A DNA stretch of 63,938 nucleotides, filler included, from Reclinomonas americana ATCC 50394 (GCA_048213135.1; 8 parts of 4 records of this genome joined end to end with filler, not necessarily neighbours in it), one strand, 5' to 3'. Positions 33,499-46,418 are shown, counted from the first letter of the whole stretch. Notes: generated by a model from the letters alone, not told the origin. A program made the numbers and translations.

Positions 33499-34598
33499 AT
33501 GGACTCACTGCTGGCCGCGCTGCAAGTCGAAGAACCCGCAGTATACGCGCGATTAACCACCAGCGCTCCATATGATCCACAGGTGCGACTCACTCAACTC
33601 TCTCTCTCTGTCTCTCTCTGTGACTCTCTGACAGCATGTGTGGCGCACAAGGCGTTGCGCGCACTGGCCAGAGAGCGACTCACCAGTGCAGAGCTGAGCA
33701 CACTGGGCGACCCCTCTGCTGTCAGCGACGATGCGATTGCCGATGCGCTGTTGGATCACAGGGCAGCGGTGGTGGCCGCCGAGCGCGCAGCTCAGCTGTG
33801 CACGCAGGAGTCACTCACATTCGAGATGGAAGAGGAGGAGGACGACGATGACGATGGGGAGGAGGAGTCGGAGTCAGAGTCGGATGCGAGCTCGGCGGTG
33901 GCGACGCCCGGTGCGCTGATGCACACGACGTCGTTTGAGGAGGAGCGCGCGGCGATTGCGGGGTTGACGTGGGACGAGGCAGCGAGGGCGATCAGGACGC
34001 GCATGTTCCCCGTCGATCCGAGACAGGAGGCGGAGAGGCAGGCGCGCGAGGCGGCGGCGGCTGCCGAGGTCGAGCATCTGTGCGAGTTGCGTTTGTCTCC
34101 ATTACACAACAGCAGCAACAGCCGCAGCATCCACGTAACTGATGCTTTGCTGTGCGCAGGCTGCAGCAGTGCCCGGGGCGACCGGATCTGCTGGTGCCGG
34201 AGGTGCGCGAGGGCGACTTGGAGATTGTGCGATCGGTCAAGGCGAGCAAGGTGCTGCTGTTTGAGGTGCTGGCGAGCTTTGAGCAGGCGCTGAAGAAGCA
34301 CAACTCGCGGGAGGCCAACACGGTGCTCTTTGATCGCATGCAGAATGTGGTGTTTGACAAGTTGCGTCCGAATGTCTCCTCACCGACCCTGCTCATTTTG
34401 TGCTCACACGTGCGCCGCAGTCTCGACGACCTGATGCCGCTGCTGTCGCCAATGGACATGCAAAAGTGGGCCGACACCCTGCGCAGCCACCAGGCCATGA
34501 AAGACGAGGATTACAGCTGCATGTGGGAGGCGGCGCGATTCATCCGCGTTCGACTCGGCCACGAGATCCTGTCCATTGTCGCCACCGCCTTCAAGTGA
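33499..34598 (+). CDS. Hypothetical helical protein with an acidic patch (4 exons)
   Basis: MDSLLAALQVEEP.. to ..IVATAFK-TGA; short GT-AG introns join the ORF pieces. No family recognised. Confidence 0.65.
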
Positions 34599-34953
34599 CC
34601 GCGTGAGAGAGGTGGAGAGGGCGAGGGAGAGAGAATGCAATACGACTGTGCACCCTGCGGTCGATGAATGAAGTCAATGACGCACCAAGACGAGGCTCGC
34701 ATGGCGTTTTTTTATGTAAGTGTGTTCGACGTCTGCTTTGTCACTCGCTCTCCGCTCTCTGTTCTGACAGTGGCGCAGGTTAGCTTGCCTAGCACACTAC
34801 GGCGCGTCTGCAGCCAACATGCGCAACTCCTTTCACACACCGTTTTTTCGCGATACCGCCAATCACGCAATTGCGTCCGCGTGTCCGATACGACTCCTTC
34901 TCGAGAGAGCGCCACTCACACGCACGCACGCACACACACACATACGCACACAA

Positions 34954-35911
34954 ATGCAAGGACAGGACCCGCAACAACAACAGCCAACCGGCTTCGTGCC
35001 CTTGTCACGACAAATCCCACAAATGCCAAGCGCGCCTCCCGCGCCCGCTGCTCTCATTGAGCGCCCAGCCGGTCCCTCGCCGCAGCTGTTTCATCGTCTA
35101 CAGCCGCCGCGATCACTGCAACAGCAGTCGCCGACACAACAGACCGACATGGCCGCCAACACACACGCAGATGACCCTTTGCCCTCACAGCAGCAACAAC
35201 AGCAACAGCAGGCAGTGTCGCGGCGACTGTTGCGCACACTGGTGCAAGGGCGGTTGCGATTACCACCACTGCCAGCAGCGCCACCACCGCCGCACATGAT
35301 GTCGGTCAACAACGAACGTGCAATGGGAGTGTTTGGCGACAGAGTGGTGCGTCCACCTGCCTATCCCTCTCCCTCTCTGTGTGTGATAGGTGTCTCACAT
35401 GGGGGGTGCCTGTGTGTATGCACAGACGCACATTGACGCTGATTTCGGCGGCAATGATGATGATGTGGATGCTGATGATGGACGACGAGTGGAACCGCGT
35501 GGATACATCGACGCGCCAAAGCACCCGCGTGCCATGTCGTTGGTTCGGAGGTTAGCAAACGCGCGGCTCTTCCACAATGTCAACACGCCAGTGGATGAGG
35601 TGCGTTGGTGGGTGAGTGGGGTGGGGAAACTAGACAAATCAGACTCGCTCACCTCCTCTCCGCTGCAGCTGGCGAGTCCCGCCATTGGTGACTTGAGCAA
35701 CGCGCAACGAATTCACCCTGTAAACGCCGATGCGCTGGTGGAGGTAGATGACAGCAAGCCGCAGCATTCGCCGTCGTCGTCGGCGTCGGTGGAGTCGGCT
35801 GTGTCGGTGCCGATTGCAGACTTGAGATTACGCAACGTTGGAGGAGGCGCCGAGCGCGCTGCAGCGCAAGTGACCAAGCGACAGCTGACAGTGCTGTGGA
35901 TTGCGGTGTCA
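34954..35911 (+). CDS. Q/P-rich N-terminal exons ending in the start of a hydrophobic helix (probable N-terminus of the fibre protein)
   Basis: MQGQDPQQQQ.. with two GT-AG introns, ending KRQLTVLWIAVS at the gap. Confidence 0.6.
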
Positions 35912-36355
35912 NNNNNNNNNNNNNNNNNNNNNNNNNNNNNNNNNNNNNNNNNNNNNNNNNNNNNNNNNNNNNNNNNNNNNNNNNNNNNNNNNNNNNNNNN
36001 NNNNNNNNNNNNNNNNNNNNNNNNNNNNNNNNNNNNNNNNNNNNNNNNNNNNNNNNNNNNNNNNNNNNNNNNNNNNNNNNNNNNNNNNNNNNNNNNNNNN
36101 NNNNNNNNNNNNNNNNNNNNNNNNNNNNNNNNNNNNNNNNNNNNNNNNNNNNNNNNNNNNNNNNNNNNNNNNNNNNNNNNNNNNNNNNNNNNNNNNNNNN
36201 NNNNNNNNNNNNNNNNNNNNNNNNNNNNNNNNNNNNNNNNNNNNNNNNNNNNNNNNNNNNNNNNNNNNNNNNNNNNNNNNNNNNNNNNNNNNNNNNNNNN
36301 NNNNNNNNNNNNNNNNNNNNNNNNNNNNNNNNNNNNNNNNNNNNNNNNNNNNNNN

Positions 36356-39300
36356 GACGGTGGGTTCATTGCAGGGAAGCTCAGTCAGCACGTTCGGTGT
36401 GATCAGCGGCGGCAGTGTTACGACTGTAGGCACGCTTGAGAGCAGTTCGGTCAGCACATTTGGTGTGATAAGCGGCGGGAGTGTGACGACGGTGGGCTCA
36501 TTACAGAGCGGCTCAGTCAGCACATTCGGTGTGATCAGCGGTGGGAGCGTGACGACAGTGGGCACGCTGGAGAGTGGCTCGGTCAGCACTTTTGGTGTGA
36601 TTAGCGGCGGCAGCGTGACGACGGTGGGCACATTGCAGGGCAGCTTAGTCAGCACATTCGGTGTGATCAGCGGCGGCAGTATGACGACGGTGGGTTCATT
36701 GCAGGGCAGCTCGGTCAGCACATTCGGCGTGATCAGCGGCGGCAGTGTGACGACAGTGGGTACGCTTGAGAGTGGCTCGGTCAGCACATTCGGTGTGATT
36801 AGCGGCGGCAGTGTGACGACGGTGGGTTCATTGCAGGGAGGCTCAGTCAGCACATTCGGTGTGATCAGCGGTGGCAGTGTTACGACGGTGGGCTCATTAC
36901 AGAGCGGCTCAGTCAGCACCTTCGGTGTGATTAGCGGCGGCAGTGTGACGACAGTGGGCTCATTACAGAGCGGCTCAGTCAGCACATTCGGTGTGATCAG
37001 TGGCGGCAGTGTGACGACGGTGGGTTCGTTGCAGGGCAGCTCAGTCAGCACATTCGGTGTGATCAGCGGCGGGAGTGTGACGACGGTGGGCTCATTACAG
37101 GGCAGCTCAGTCAGCACATTCGGTGTGATCAGCGGCGGCAGTGTGACGACAGTGGGCACATTGCAGGGCAGCTCAGTCAGCACATTTGGTGTAATCAGCG
37201 GCGGCAGTGTGACGACGGTAGGCACATTGCAGGGAAGCTCGGTCAGCACATTCGGTGTGATCAGCGGTGGCAGTGTGACGACGGTGGGCACGCTAGAGAG
37301 TGGCTCAGTCAGCACATTCGGTGTGATCAGTGGCGGCAGTGTTACTACGGTGGGCACGCTTGAGAGTGGCTCGGTCAGCACATTCGGTGTGATTAGCGGC
37401 GGCAGCGTGACGACAGTGGGCACATTGCAGGGCAGCTCAGTCAGCACATTTGGTGTGATCAGCGGCGGCAGTGTGACGACGGTGGGTTCGTTGCAGGGCA
37501 GCTCTGTCAGCACATTCGGTGTGATCAGCGGCGGTAGTGTGACGACAGTGGGCACACTGCAGGGCGGCTCAATCAGCACATTCGGTGTGATTAGCGGCGG
37601 CAGCGTGACGACAGTGGGCACGCTCGAGAGTGGCTCGGTCAGCACATTCGGTGTGATCAGTGGCGGCAGTGTGACGACTGTTGGCACGCTCGAGAGTGGC
37701 TCGGTCAGCACCTTTGGTGTGATCAGCGGCGGCAGTGTGACGACAGTGGGCACATTGCAGGGCAGCTCAGTCAGCACATTTGGTGTAATCAGTGGCGGCA
37801 GTGTGACGACTGTTGGCACGCTCGAGAGTGGGTCGGTCAGCACCTTTGGTGTGATCAGCGGCGGCAGTGTGACGACAGTGGGCACGCTTGAGAGTGGCTC
37901 GGTCAGCACGTTCGGCGTCATTAGCGGTGGCAGTGTTACTACGGTGGGCACTCTGGAGAGTGGCTCGGTCAGCACATTCGGTGTGATCAGTGGCGGCAGT
38001 GTGACGACAGTGGGCACGCTGGAGAGTGGCTCGGTCAGCACCTTTNNNNNNNNNNNNNNNNNNNNCGGTGAGCACATTCGGCGTGATCAGCGGCGGCAGC
38101 GTGACGACGGTGGGCACGCTGGAGAGCAGTTCGGTCAGCACATTCGGTGTGATCAGTGGCGGCAGTGTGACGACAGTGGGCACATTGCAGGGCAGCTCAG
38201 TCAGCACATTCGGTGTGATCAGCGGCGGCAGTGTGACGACGGTGGGTTCGTTGCAGGGCAGCTCTGTCAGCACATTCGGTGTGATCAGCGGCGGCAGTGT
38301 TACGACTGTAGGCACGCTTGAGAGCAGTTCGGTCAGCACATTTGGTGTGATAAGCGGCGGCAGTGTGACGACGGTGGGCACGCTTGAGAGTGGCTCGGTC
38401 AGCACGTTCGGCGTCATTAGCGGTGGCAGTGTTACTACGGTGGGCACTCTGGAGAGTGGCTCGGTCAGTACTTCAGGTCTTCTCGTTGCTGCGAACATCA
38501 CAACTGCGGGGTCTATTAGTGCAGCAGTTATCGTGACGAATACCCTTGGCATTGCAAGTAACATCAGTGCTGTAGGCATCGTCAGTGGCGGCAGTCTGAC
38601 TACAAGTGGATTACTTTCTGCAGGCAGTATAACGAGTTCAATTCTCGCTGTTGATGGTCTTATCAGCGGCGGCAGTGTGACGACTGTTGGCACACTGGAG
38701 AGCAGCTCTGTCAGCACATTCGGTGTGATTAGCGGTGGCAGTGTGACGACAGTGGGCTCATTACAGAGCGGCTCAGTCAGCACCTTCGGTGTGATTAGCG
38801 GCGGCAGTGTGACGACAGTGGGCTCATTACAGAGCGGCTCAGTCAGCACATTCGGTGTGATCAGCGGCGGCAGCGTGACGACAGTGGGTTCATTGGAGAG
38901 CGGCTCAGTCAGCACCTTCGGTGTGATTAGCGGCGGCAGCGTGACGACAGTGGGCTCATTACAGAGCGGCTCAGTCAGCACATTCGGTGTGATTAGCGGC
39001 GGCAGTGTGACGACAGTGGGCTCATTACAGAGCGGCTCTGTCAGCACATTCGGCGTGATCAGCGGCGGCAGCGTGACGACGGTGGGCACATTGCAGGGCA
39101 GTTCGGTCAGCACATTCGGTGTGATCAGCGGCGGCAGCGTGACGACAGTGGGTTCATTGGAGAGCGGCTCAGTCAGCACCTTCGGTGTGATTAGCGGCGG
39201 CAGCGTGACGACAGTGGGCTCATTACAGAGCGGCTCAGTCAGCACATTCGGCGTGATTAGCGGCGGCAGTGTGACGACGGTGGGTTCGTTGCAGGGCAGC

Positions 39301-40800
39301 TCAGTCAGCACATTCGGTGTGATCAGCGGCGGCAGCGTGACGACAGTGGGTTTATTGGAGAGCGGCTCAGTCAGCACGTTTGGTGTGATTAGCGGTGGCA
39401 GTGTGACGACAGTGGGTTCTTTGCAGAGCGGCTCAGTCAGCACATTCGGTGTGATCAGCGGCGGTAGTGTGACGACAGTGGGCACACTGCAGGGCGGCTC
39501 AATCGGTACATTCGGTGTGATCAGCGGCGGCAGCGTGACGACAGTGGGTTCATTGGAGAGCGGCTCAGTCAGCACCTTCGGTGTGATTAGCGGCGGCAGT
39601 GTGACGACAGTGGGTTCGTTGCAGGGCAGCTCAGTCAGCACGTTCGGTGTGATCAGCGGCGGCAGTGTGACGACTGTGGGCACGCTAGAGAGCGGCTCAG
39701 TCAGCACATTCGGTGTGATCAGCGGCGGCAGCGTGACAACAGTGGGCTCATTACAGAGCGGCTCAGTCAGCACGTTCGGTGTGATTAGCGGTGGCAGTGT
39801 GACGACAGTGGGTTCTTTGCAGAGCGGCTCAGTCAGCACATTCGGTGTGATCAGCGGCGGCAGCGTGACGACTGTTGGCACGCTCGAGAGCGGCTCGGTC
39901 AGCACCTTCGGTGTGATCAGCGGCGGCAGCGTGACGACAGTGGGTTCATTGGAGAGCGGCTCAGTCAGCACCTTCGGTGTGATTAGCGGCGGCAGTGTGA
40001 CGACAGTGGGCTCATTACAGAGCGGCTCAGTCAGCACATTCGGTGTGATTAGCGGCGGCAGCGTGACGACTGTTGGCACATTGCAGAGCGGCTCAGTCAG
40101 CACCTTCGGTGTGATCAGCGGTGGCAGTGTGACGACTGTTGGCACGCTTGAGAGTGGCTCAGTCAGCACCTTCGGTGTGATCAGCGGTGGCAGCGTGACG
40201 ACGGTGGGTTCATTGCAGGGAAGCTCGGTCAGCACATTCGGTGTGATCAGCGGCGGCAGTGTGACGACAGTGGGCACGCTAGAGAGCAGTTCGGTCAGCA
40301 CATTCGGCGTGATCAGCGGCGGCAGTGTGACGACGGTGGGTTCATTGCAGGGAAGCTCGGTCAGCACATTCGGTGTGATCAGCGGCGGCAGCGTGACGAC
40401 GGTGGGTTCATTGCAGGGAAGCTCGGTCAGCACATTCGGTGTGATCAGCGGCGGCAGCGTGACGACGGTGGGCACATTGCAGAGCGGCTCAGTCAGCACA
40501 TTCGGTGTGATCAGCGGCGGCNNNNNNNNNNNNNNNNNNNNGACAGTGGGTTCGCTTCGCGGCAGTTCTATAAGCTCGTCTGGTGTGATCAGTGGCGGCA
40601 GTGTGACGACGGCGGGCACTCTTGAGAGTGGCTCGGTGAGCTCTGGCGGCTTGATCAGTGGCGGCAGTGTGACAACCGTTGGGTCGCTGCGCGGTGCGTC
40701 CGTTAGTTCGTCTGGTGTCATTAGCGGCGGCAGCGTCACTACGGTGGGTTCGCTGCAAGGCGTCTCTGTGAGCACTGGCGGCCTCGTGGCGGGTGGCAGT
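36356..40800 (+). repeat. Coding 66-bp tandem array (~60 units, one divergent insert at ~38470-38660)
   Basis: Unit visible directly. Variation is mostly at third codon positions plus S/T, Q/E and G/S swaps. Confidence 0.95.
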
Positions 40801-42198
40801 CTGAGCACAGCCGGTAGCCTTGTCGTCGGCGCCAGTGTCTCGTTACCGCTGACACAGGGTGCGCTTCTTCTTGGCAACTCATCTGGTCGATCCGCTGAGT
40901 TGGCTGTGGGTTCTACCGGTCAGGTGTTGACAGCGTCGGGCGCAACGGCGCTGTGGTCAACACCTGGAAGCACGCTCGTGTGGAGCTCAGTGAGCGGCAG
41001 CTACACCGCCTCCTCCTCCGACTATGTTCTTCTCGTTCGACCGGCCTCCTGTTTCCCAGCGATCAGCACGACGATTACGGTGACGCTGCCGACAGCAGCG
41101 GGTGTGTCTGGCAAAGCGTACATGGTTGTCAACACGTGCATCGGTCAGAATGCTGGCGGTCTGTTCAACGTGTTGGTGACGTCGGCAGTGGCATCCCAGT
41201 TGAAACGTGGACTGAACGAGAGCGAAGTTCGGCCCTTCTACGCCTTGCAAGTAATGAGCGACGGATCGACCTGGGTCCCCATCTTTGCTGCGCCATCGCC
41301 ACCGCGCACCGATTGTCCAACCATTACGTGGACGGGACGTGCCACCTCGCAGCCTTGGACGTCGGTGGCCACAAGTCAGGACGGGACTAAGGCTCTCGCC
41401 AGTGTCTCTGGAGGCACATTGTACATGTCATTGGACTCGGGCGTGTCATGGGCTCAGGCAAATGCTGGAGCCGGTAACAGGAGTTATACCGATGTGGCCA
41501 TGAATTCTGACGGATCGGTGATGGCTGCCGTGGTGAACGGTGGCAACATTTGGGTGACGACAAATAGTGGTGCAACATGGACCGCTCGCAACACCGGCTC
41601 CAATCAGCCTTACACAGCAATCTCTATGAGTGCAGACGGTACTCGAATGCTGGCCGTTGGTAACGCCTCAAACGTGTTCCAATCGACTGACTCTGGCACC
41701 ACCTGGACAACTGCTCCTGGATCGTCGTCGCGTGCCTACATGGACATTGCATGCAATTCGGATTGCTCCAAGTTCATCACCGTGGTCACCAGCGGGCGTA
41801 TTTTCACCGGCGTCTTCAACTCATCGATGACGCAACGTACCGGGCAAGATAAGGACTGGACTGCGTGCGCGTCGAGTGCGGATGGTGTGCGCCTCTTTGC
41901 CTCGATCGACGACAGCAACATCTACTTCTCGAGAGACTCGGGCGCCACCTGGGAGCAGACGCCGACCATGCTCGACAACAAGAACTGGACGGGAATAGCG
42001 AGCAGCGCAGACGGCATGCGCGTGATCGCGTGCAACAAGTCTGTGCCTGCCGTGTACGGCTCCAATGACGGCGGTCAGACGTGGCTGGTGGAATTCGGAC
42101 CTACCGGCAACGATGTAGAGGCGGTCGCGCTCAGCGCCTCCGGCGGCCGTGGCTACGCCGCCGTCAACAACTCGCTGATCCTCGCCACCACGTGCTGA
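36356..42198 (+). CDS. Giant repetitive fibre-like protein: 22-aa repeats + tail-fibre-like module + Asp-box (BNR) beta-propeller
   Basis: Open on + between small gaps. (GSVTTVG[ST]L[QE][SG]xSVSTFGVISG)n, then GALLLGNSSG..LAVGSTGQVLTASG..W, YTASSSDYVLLV..ITVTLPTA..GKAYMVVN..SDGSTW, and about seven blades, most with SxDxGxTW-type Asp boxes. Confidence 0.85.
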
Positions 42199-42285
42199 GA
42201 ACTGGAGAGGAGCCAGGCTGTCGCAAAAGGTATGTTGAGTTTGGCTACAGGTTAAGGCAATGGCATTCTCACCTTTACCACTTCC

Positions 42286-42528
42286 GACCCAGGCATTGCA
42301 TAGCTGTGGTTGCGTCTGACCGTAGACACCGCGACGTCAGGAATGAAGTGTTATCGTCGTTTCAGTTGCTCTTTAAGTCGGCGCACCTCAACTTATCAAA
42401 TCGCATTCTCATCGTCACCACTACAGACCCAGGCATTGCATAGCTGTGGTTGCGTCTGACCGTAGACACCGCGACGTCAGGAATGAAGTGTTATCGTCGT
42501 TTCAGTTGCTCAAAGTCAGCGCACCTCC
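42286..42528. repeat. Direct repeat, ~100 bp x2, period 140
   Basis: GACCCAGGCATTGCATAGCTGTGG..TTTCAGTTGCTC is identical at 42286 and 42426. Confidence 0.9.
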
Positions 42529-42593
42529 ATGCAGTGTTGACAAACTTCCGATCAACTAAACATTGATATCTCGTCTGCTGAAGAGAGAGCACC

Positions 42594-42893
42594 ATGCGTG
42601 CACTTTTCCTTGCGCTTTTTCTTGCCCTTCTCTGCACCACAGCAGCAGCAGCAACAGCAGCATCCTCGTCGTCGCTTACACAAGGCGGTGTGCTGAGACT
42701 CGTCAATGGACACGAGGCGATTGCGGAGGGATACTGTGTGCAGTTGCCCGACAGTCCGTGGTGCCCGGCGCCCGATGATTACATTCCTCCACTGTTGCCA
42801 GAGGGTGAGTGTGTGAGAGAGGGAGAGTGCGTGAGAGAGGAGGGAAGGGAGTGAGAGAAGGGAAGAAGGGGAAGGGAGTGAGTGAGTGAGTGA

Positions 42894-42926
<33 letters not shown>

Positions 42927-43446
42927 TGTGTGTGTGTGAGTGAGTGTGAGTGAGCGTGAGTGTGAGTGTGAGTGTGAGTGAGTGAGCGTGAGTGTGAGTG
43001 TGAGTGAGTGAGTGAGTGAGAGTATAAGTGACTTTAGGTGTCGCCTTAGGTGACGACTTGGGTGTCGCCTAAGGTGACTTTTGAGATGACACAGTCAGAG
43101 TTGACTTGCATTACACATTGTGTTCTCTCACTCTCTCACTCTTGTGCTTTCTCTCTCTTTTTTTTTGTGTGTGTGTGTTGACACAGATGACCAAGTGGAA
43201 GGTGCGTTGTTTGCTCAATGATTCCTCCGTCGCGCATTTCACACACAAGTCTCTCACCTTTGCTTTCTCACATAGTGTATTACATGCAGGCGAGTGTGCA
43301 TTTGGTGCTGTTTTCGTTGTGTTTTTGTCTCGCTGACTTACTGTTGATTGAACAGGCGCCGCTGATGGAGTCGGTGTTGTCGGACTTGTTGGGCGATGTG
43401 GACTTGTATCACACGGGCATTGGGTTCCGCAGTCTGTTGAGTGCGC

Positions 43447-43505
<59 letters not shown>

Positions 43506-45104
43506 GGAGAGAGAGAGAGAGAGAGAGAGAAGAAGNNNNNNNNNNNNNNNNNNNNNNNNNNNNNNNNNNNNNNNNNNNNTTAATTAATTAANNNNNNNNN
43601 NNNNNNNNNNNNNNNNNNNNNNNNNNNNNNNNNNNCAGAGAGAGAGTGTGTGTGTGTGTGTGTGTGGAGAGGGACAAGAGAGAGAAGAAACGGAGAGGAG
43701 GAGGAAGGGAGAGAAAGGAGGGGGAGGGAGGGAGAAGCAGTAGTGTGAGCAAGTTGAAGATGAGTGAATCCTTGCAGAGACAGACAGAGAGAGAGAGAGA
43801 GGAAGGATAGAGAGAGGTCTGTCTTGTGTGCCTCGCAAGCACTGATTGCGAGAGTGTGAGAAGGGAGGAAGGCACAACACTCAATCATCTCCGCCCCTCG
43901 ACAGCGCGTTCATATGGGCTGTTGTTTTCTCGTCCCTCTCGCACCTGTCTTTTTGCTATTTGTCTCCCGTCTGTCATTCACTCTCCCTTTCCTAATTTCC
44001 CCCTTCTCCTGCTGCGCTCTCTCCTTCCTCCATCCATTCTCCGCCCCCTTACCCTCTTTCCTCCCTTCCCCTTCCCCTTCTCGCCCCTTGCAGCAAGACC
44101 GGCCAGAACGCCACCGTCGAGCTCGACGCCGTGTACAGCATCCAAAACGCCACCTTCCCGTTCGTGTACGCCAAACCCAACGGAGATCACGACGTGGTGT
44201 ACTGCGATCGCGGTCAGTCTCCCTCGCACTTCTTCCCCTGCATTCTCACTCTCACTCGCACCCACGCCGCTTCTCCCCCCACAGCTGGCATTTGCGCCAT
44301 GAATTCGCTCTCGCACCGGTACTGGCAACTGCGCCTGAAGATTGCCACGGTGTCCGGCTCGGCGTACAATCGCTTCATGAGGGAGTGGCTGCCGATGGCT
44401 CGTGCGCAACCCGATCTGTTCACCAATTACAGGTGACTTGTTGTTTTCATTCTTCCTCAATTGTTCTGTGCACGTCGCTCACCCGTGTGTGCTTCTGGCA
44501 GGTTGTGGAATGTGTTTGGCGAGTGGCCGACGGACTGGCAGATGAAGTCCGTCACATGCGCCGATTTTGCGTGGGCCGCCATGGGTGCGCTGGAGGACTA
44601 CGGCATGGAGATTTCGACGCCGCTCCCGTGCCTCCACGACTACGGTGTGCTCTATGGCTCCTACGATCCGACGCCAGCCAACTTGACGGATCCCACCGTC
44701 GCAGCCGAGTTGCTGGAGTATTTTGACAGCACCGAGGTGCCTTGTTCTTCACGTAGCTTTATTTCAAGCGCGTGCCTCACACCCTTCGCTTGTCGTGCGC
44801 GCAGTTGCACGACGTGCATGCCGTTGATTTTGTGGAGCACCTGATCCACTTTGTGGTGAGCGACAAGTGGATTCCGGTCGACGGCGAGCTGCGTCGCGTC
44901 GTCTCCAAGAAGCCCTTTGTGTATTACCACTGGTACGCTGCTCTCGCTTTTGCAATAATTCCTCTCCTGCTCACTTGCTTATGCGCCTCGCGCAGGGCTG
45001 TGGCTCCCATTTGCTCGTACGAGGTGTGGCTGGCCGACCGTTGCGGTCACCCGCTGGCATCTGCGCCGCCGCCGCGCCTCGTCGATGCCACCGCCGATCA
45101 ATAG
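42594..45104 (+). CDS. CLN5: CLN5-like lysosomal protein
   Basis: Signal peptide; spliced DDQVEVYYMQAPLMESVLSDLLGDVDLYHTGIGFRSLKTGQNATVE..NATFP..ATVSGSAYN..WNV..SVTCADF matches human [53 protein letters not shown] as recalled. Confidence 0.88.
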
Positions 45105-45213
45105 CTCACCCTCCTCCGACGTGTCGTTGTTGTTGTTCATGTGGTTTTTTGTTTTCGATAATTTACCTATGCAGTTGTTGTTCGTCATGGTCGCCGTCGT
45201 CGTAGTGATTCAT

Positions 45214-46362
45214 TCAAACGGGCGGGTTCTCGTCGTCGGCCGACTGGTACGCCTTGTCGTATTCCGCAGCCTGCTTCTTCTCAGCCACTGTCGGTTCCTT
45301 GCCGACGGCGCTTGCCGCCGGCAGCGGTCCTTCTGCCGCCCGAATATCGTGCCAAAGCGATGGTGCCTGCAAGACGAGCACTCCGACACCAAAGTACTGC
45401 CAGCTGCGTGAGCAGGTGGAAAGAAGAGAAGCGGTTGGCAATTATTTAGCATACCTCGGCGATTGGCACCAGATACTGCGTGGCATCCCAGCCACGGTTG
45501 CGTATGATAAAGTACGTGACAACGGCGGCAATCACTCCTGGAGAGGCGGCGGTGAGCATGAATGCAGCACACGCAGAGAGGGGAGTAGTAGACGTACCGG
45601 CAATGATGAAAATCAGCAGGCCAACTATGCATGCAAGCGCTGCGGTGAGGGATCGCGTGCTGGACAGGAATTCAAGTGTCACACCCCGTCGACGCACTCC
45701 TGTACCACATCCAGAAGCGATCGTGTGGATGGCGGAGGGCGTAACAGTCGGGATACGGGACCATGGAAAACACACAAAAGTCGCAGCACAGCAAGTGCGC
45801 AAAGGTGGCCACAAAGAATAGGATGGCCGCCCACCGGTGCAGCGGCGGGTACTGCTGGTTCGACACGACAGAGAGGATTGTCAGCAACGGCGCCGAGACC
45901 ACACCGAAAAAGAAGGCCAGCAGATTCCAGACAAAGGAGGGCACGAGAAAGTAGCGACGGTGTGGCGGATGCAGGCGCTTGTTGTTGGCCAGGAAGTGAA
46001 ACACGACGGTGAGCAGCAGGAACGGCGCCACCACGCCACCCATGAGCACTGCAAAGGCGTAGTACTGAGGGTACACCTGCAGAGCGCCCGATCCCGGTTA
46101 GTGTGCAAGGGGGAATCGGTGAAGGATGGGGTGGTGCACGCTCACCGCCGCCGTATCCGAAATGTACGGCAGTCCGTAGTCGGTGACATCCCACTCGGTG
46201 ATCGACACTACATACACCGTGATGAGCGTGACAAAGGCCACAACGTCACCAAACAGCTGTGCAGCAAGTGAGACAAGGAAGATCCCACAAGAAAATGAAG
46301 GCGAACTCAGAGAATACCGGTGCGGTCCACTTGGGTGGTGGACACCATCTCCGGAAACGCAT
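45214..46362 (-). CDS. Frag1/DRAM/Sfk1 (TMEM150-like) membrane protein
   Basis: LPYISDTAAVYPQ motif after TM1, LHRWAAILFF motif, about six hydrophobic segments. Confidence 0.75.
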
Positions 46363-46385
46363 GTCGCCACAGCGGTGTCACAAGA

Positions 46386-46418
<33 letters not shown>

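Noticed and set aside
36356..40800. Possible CRISPR-like array
   Set aside because: Contiguous coding units, no unique spacers, no cas genes, eukaryotic context.
35909..40877. Long antisense ORFs (VTLPPLITPNVLTEP)n
   Set aside because: Shadow of the + strand repeat; only the + frame continues into folded domains.
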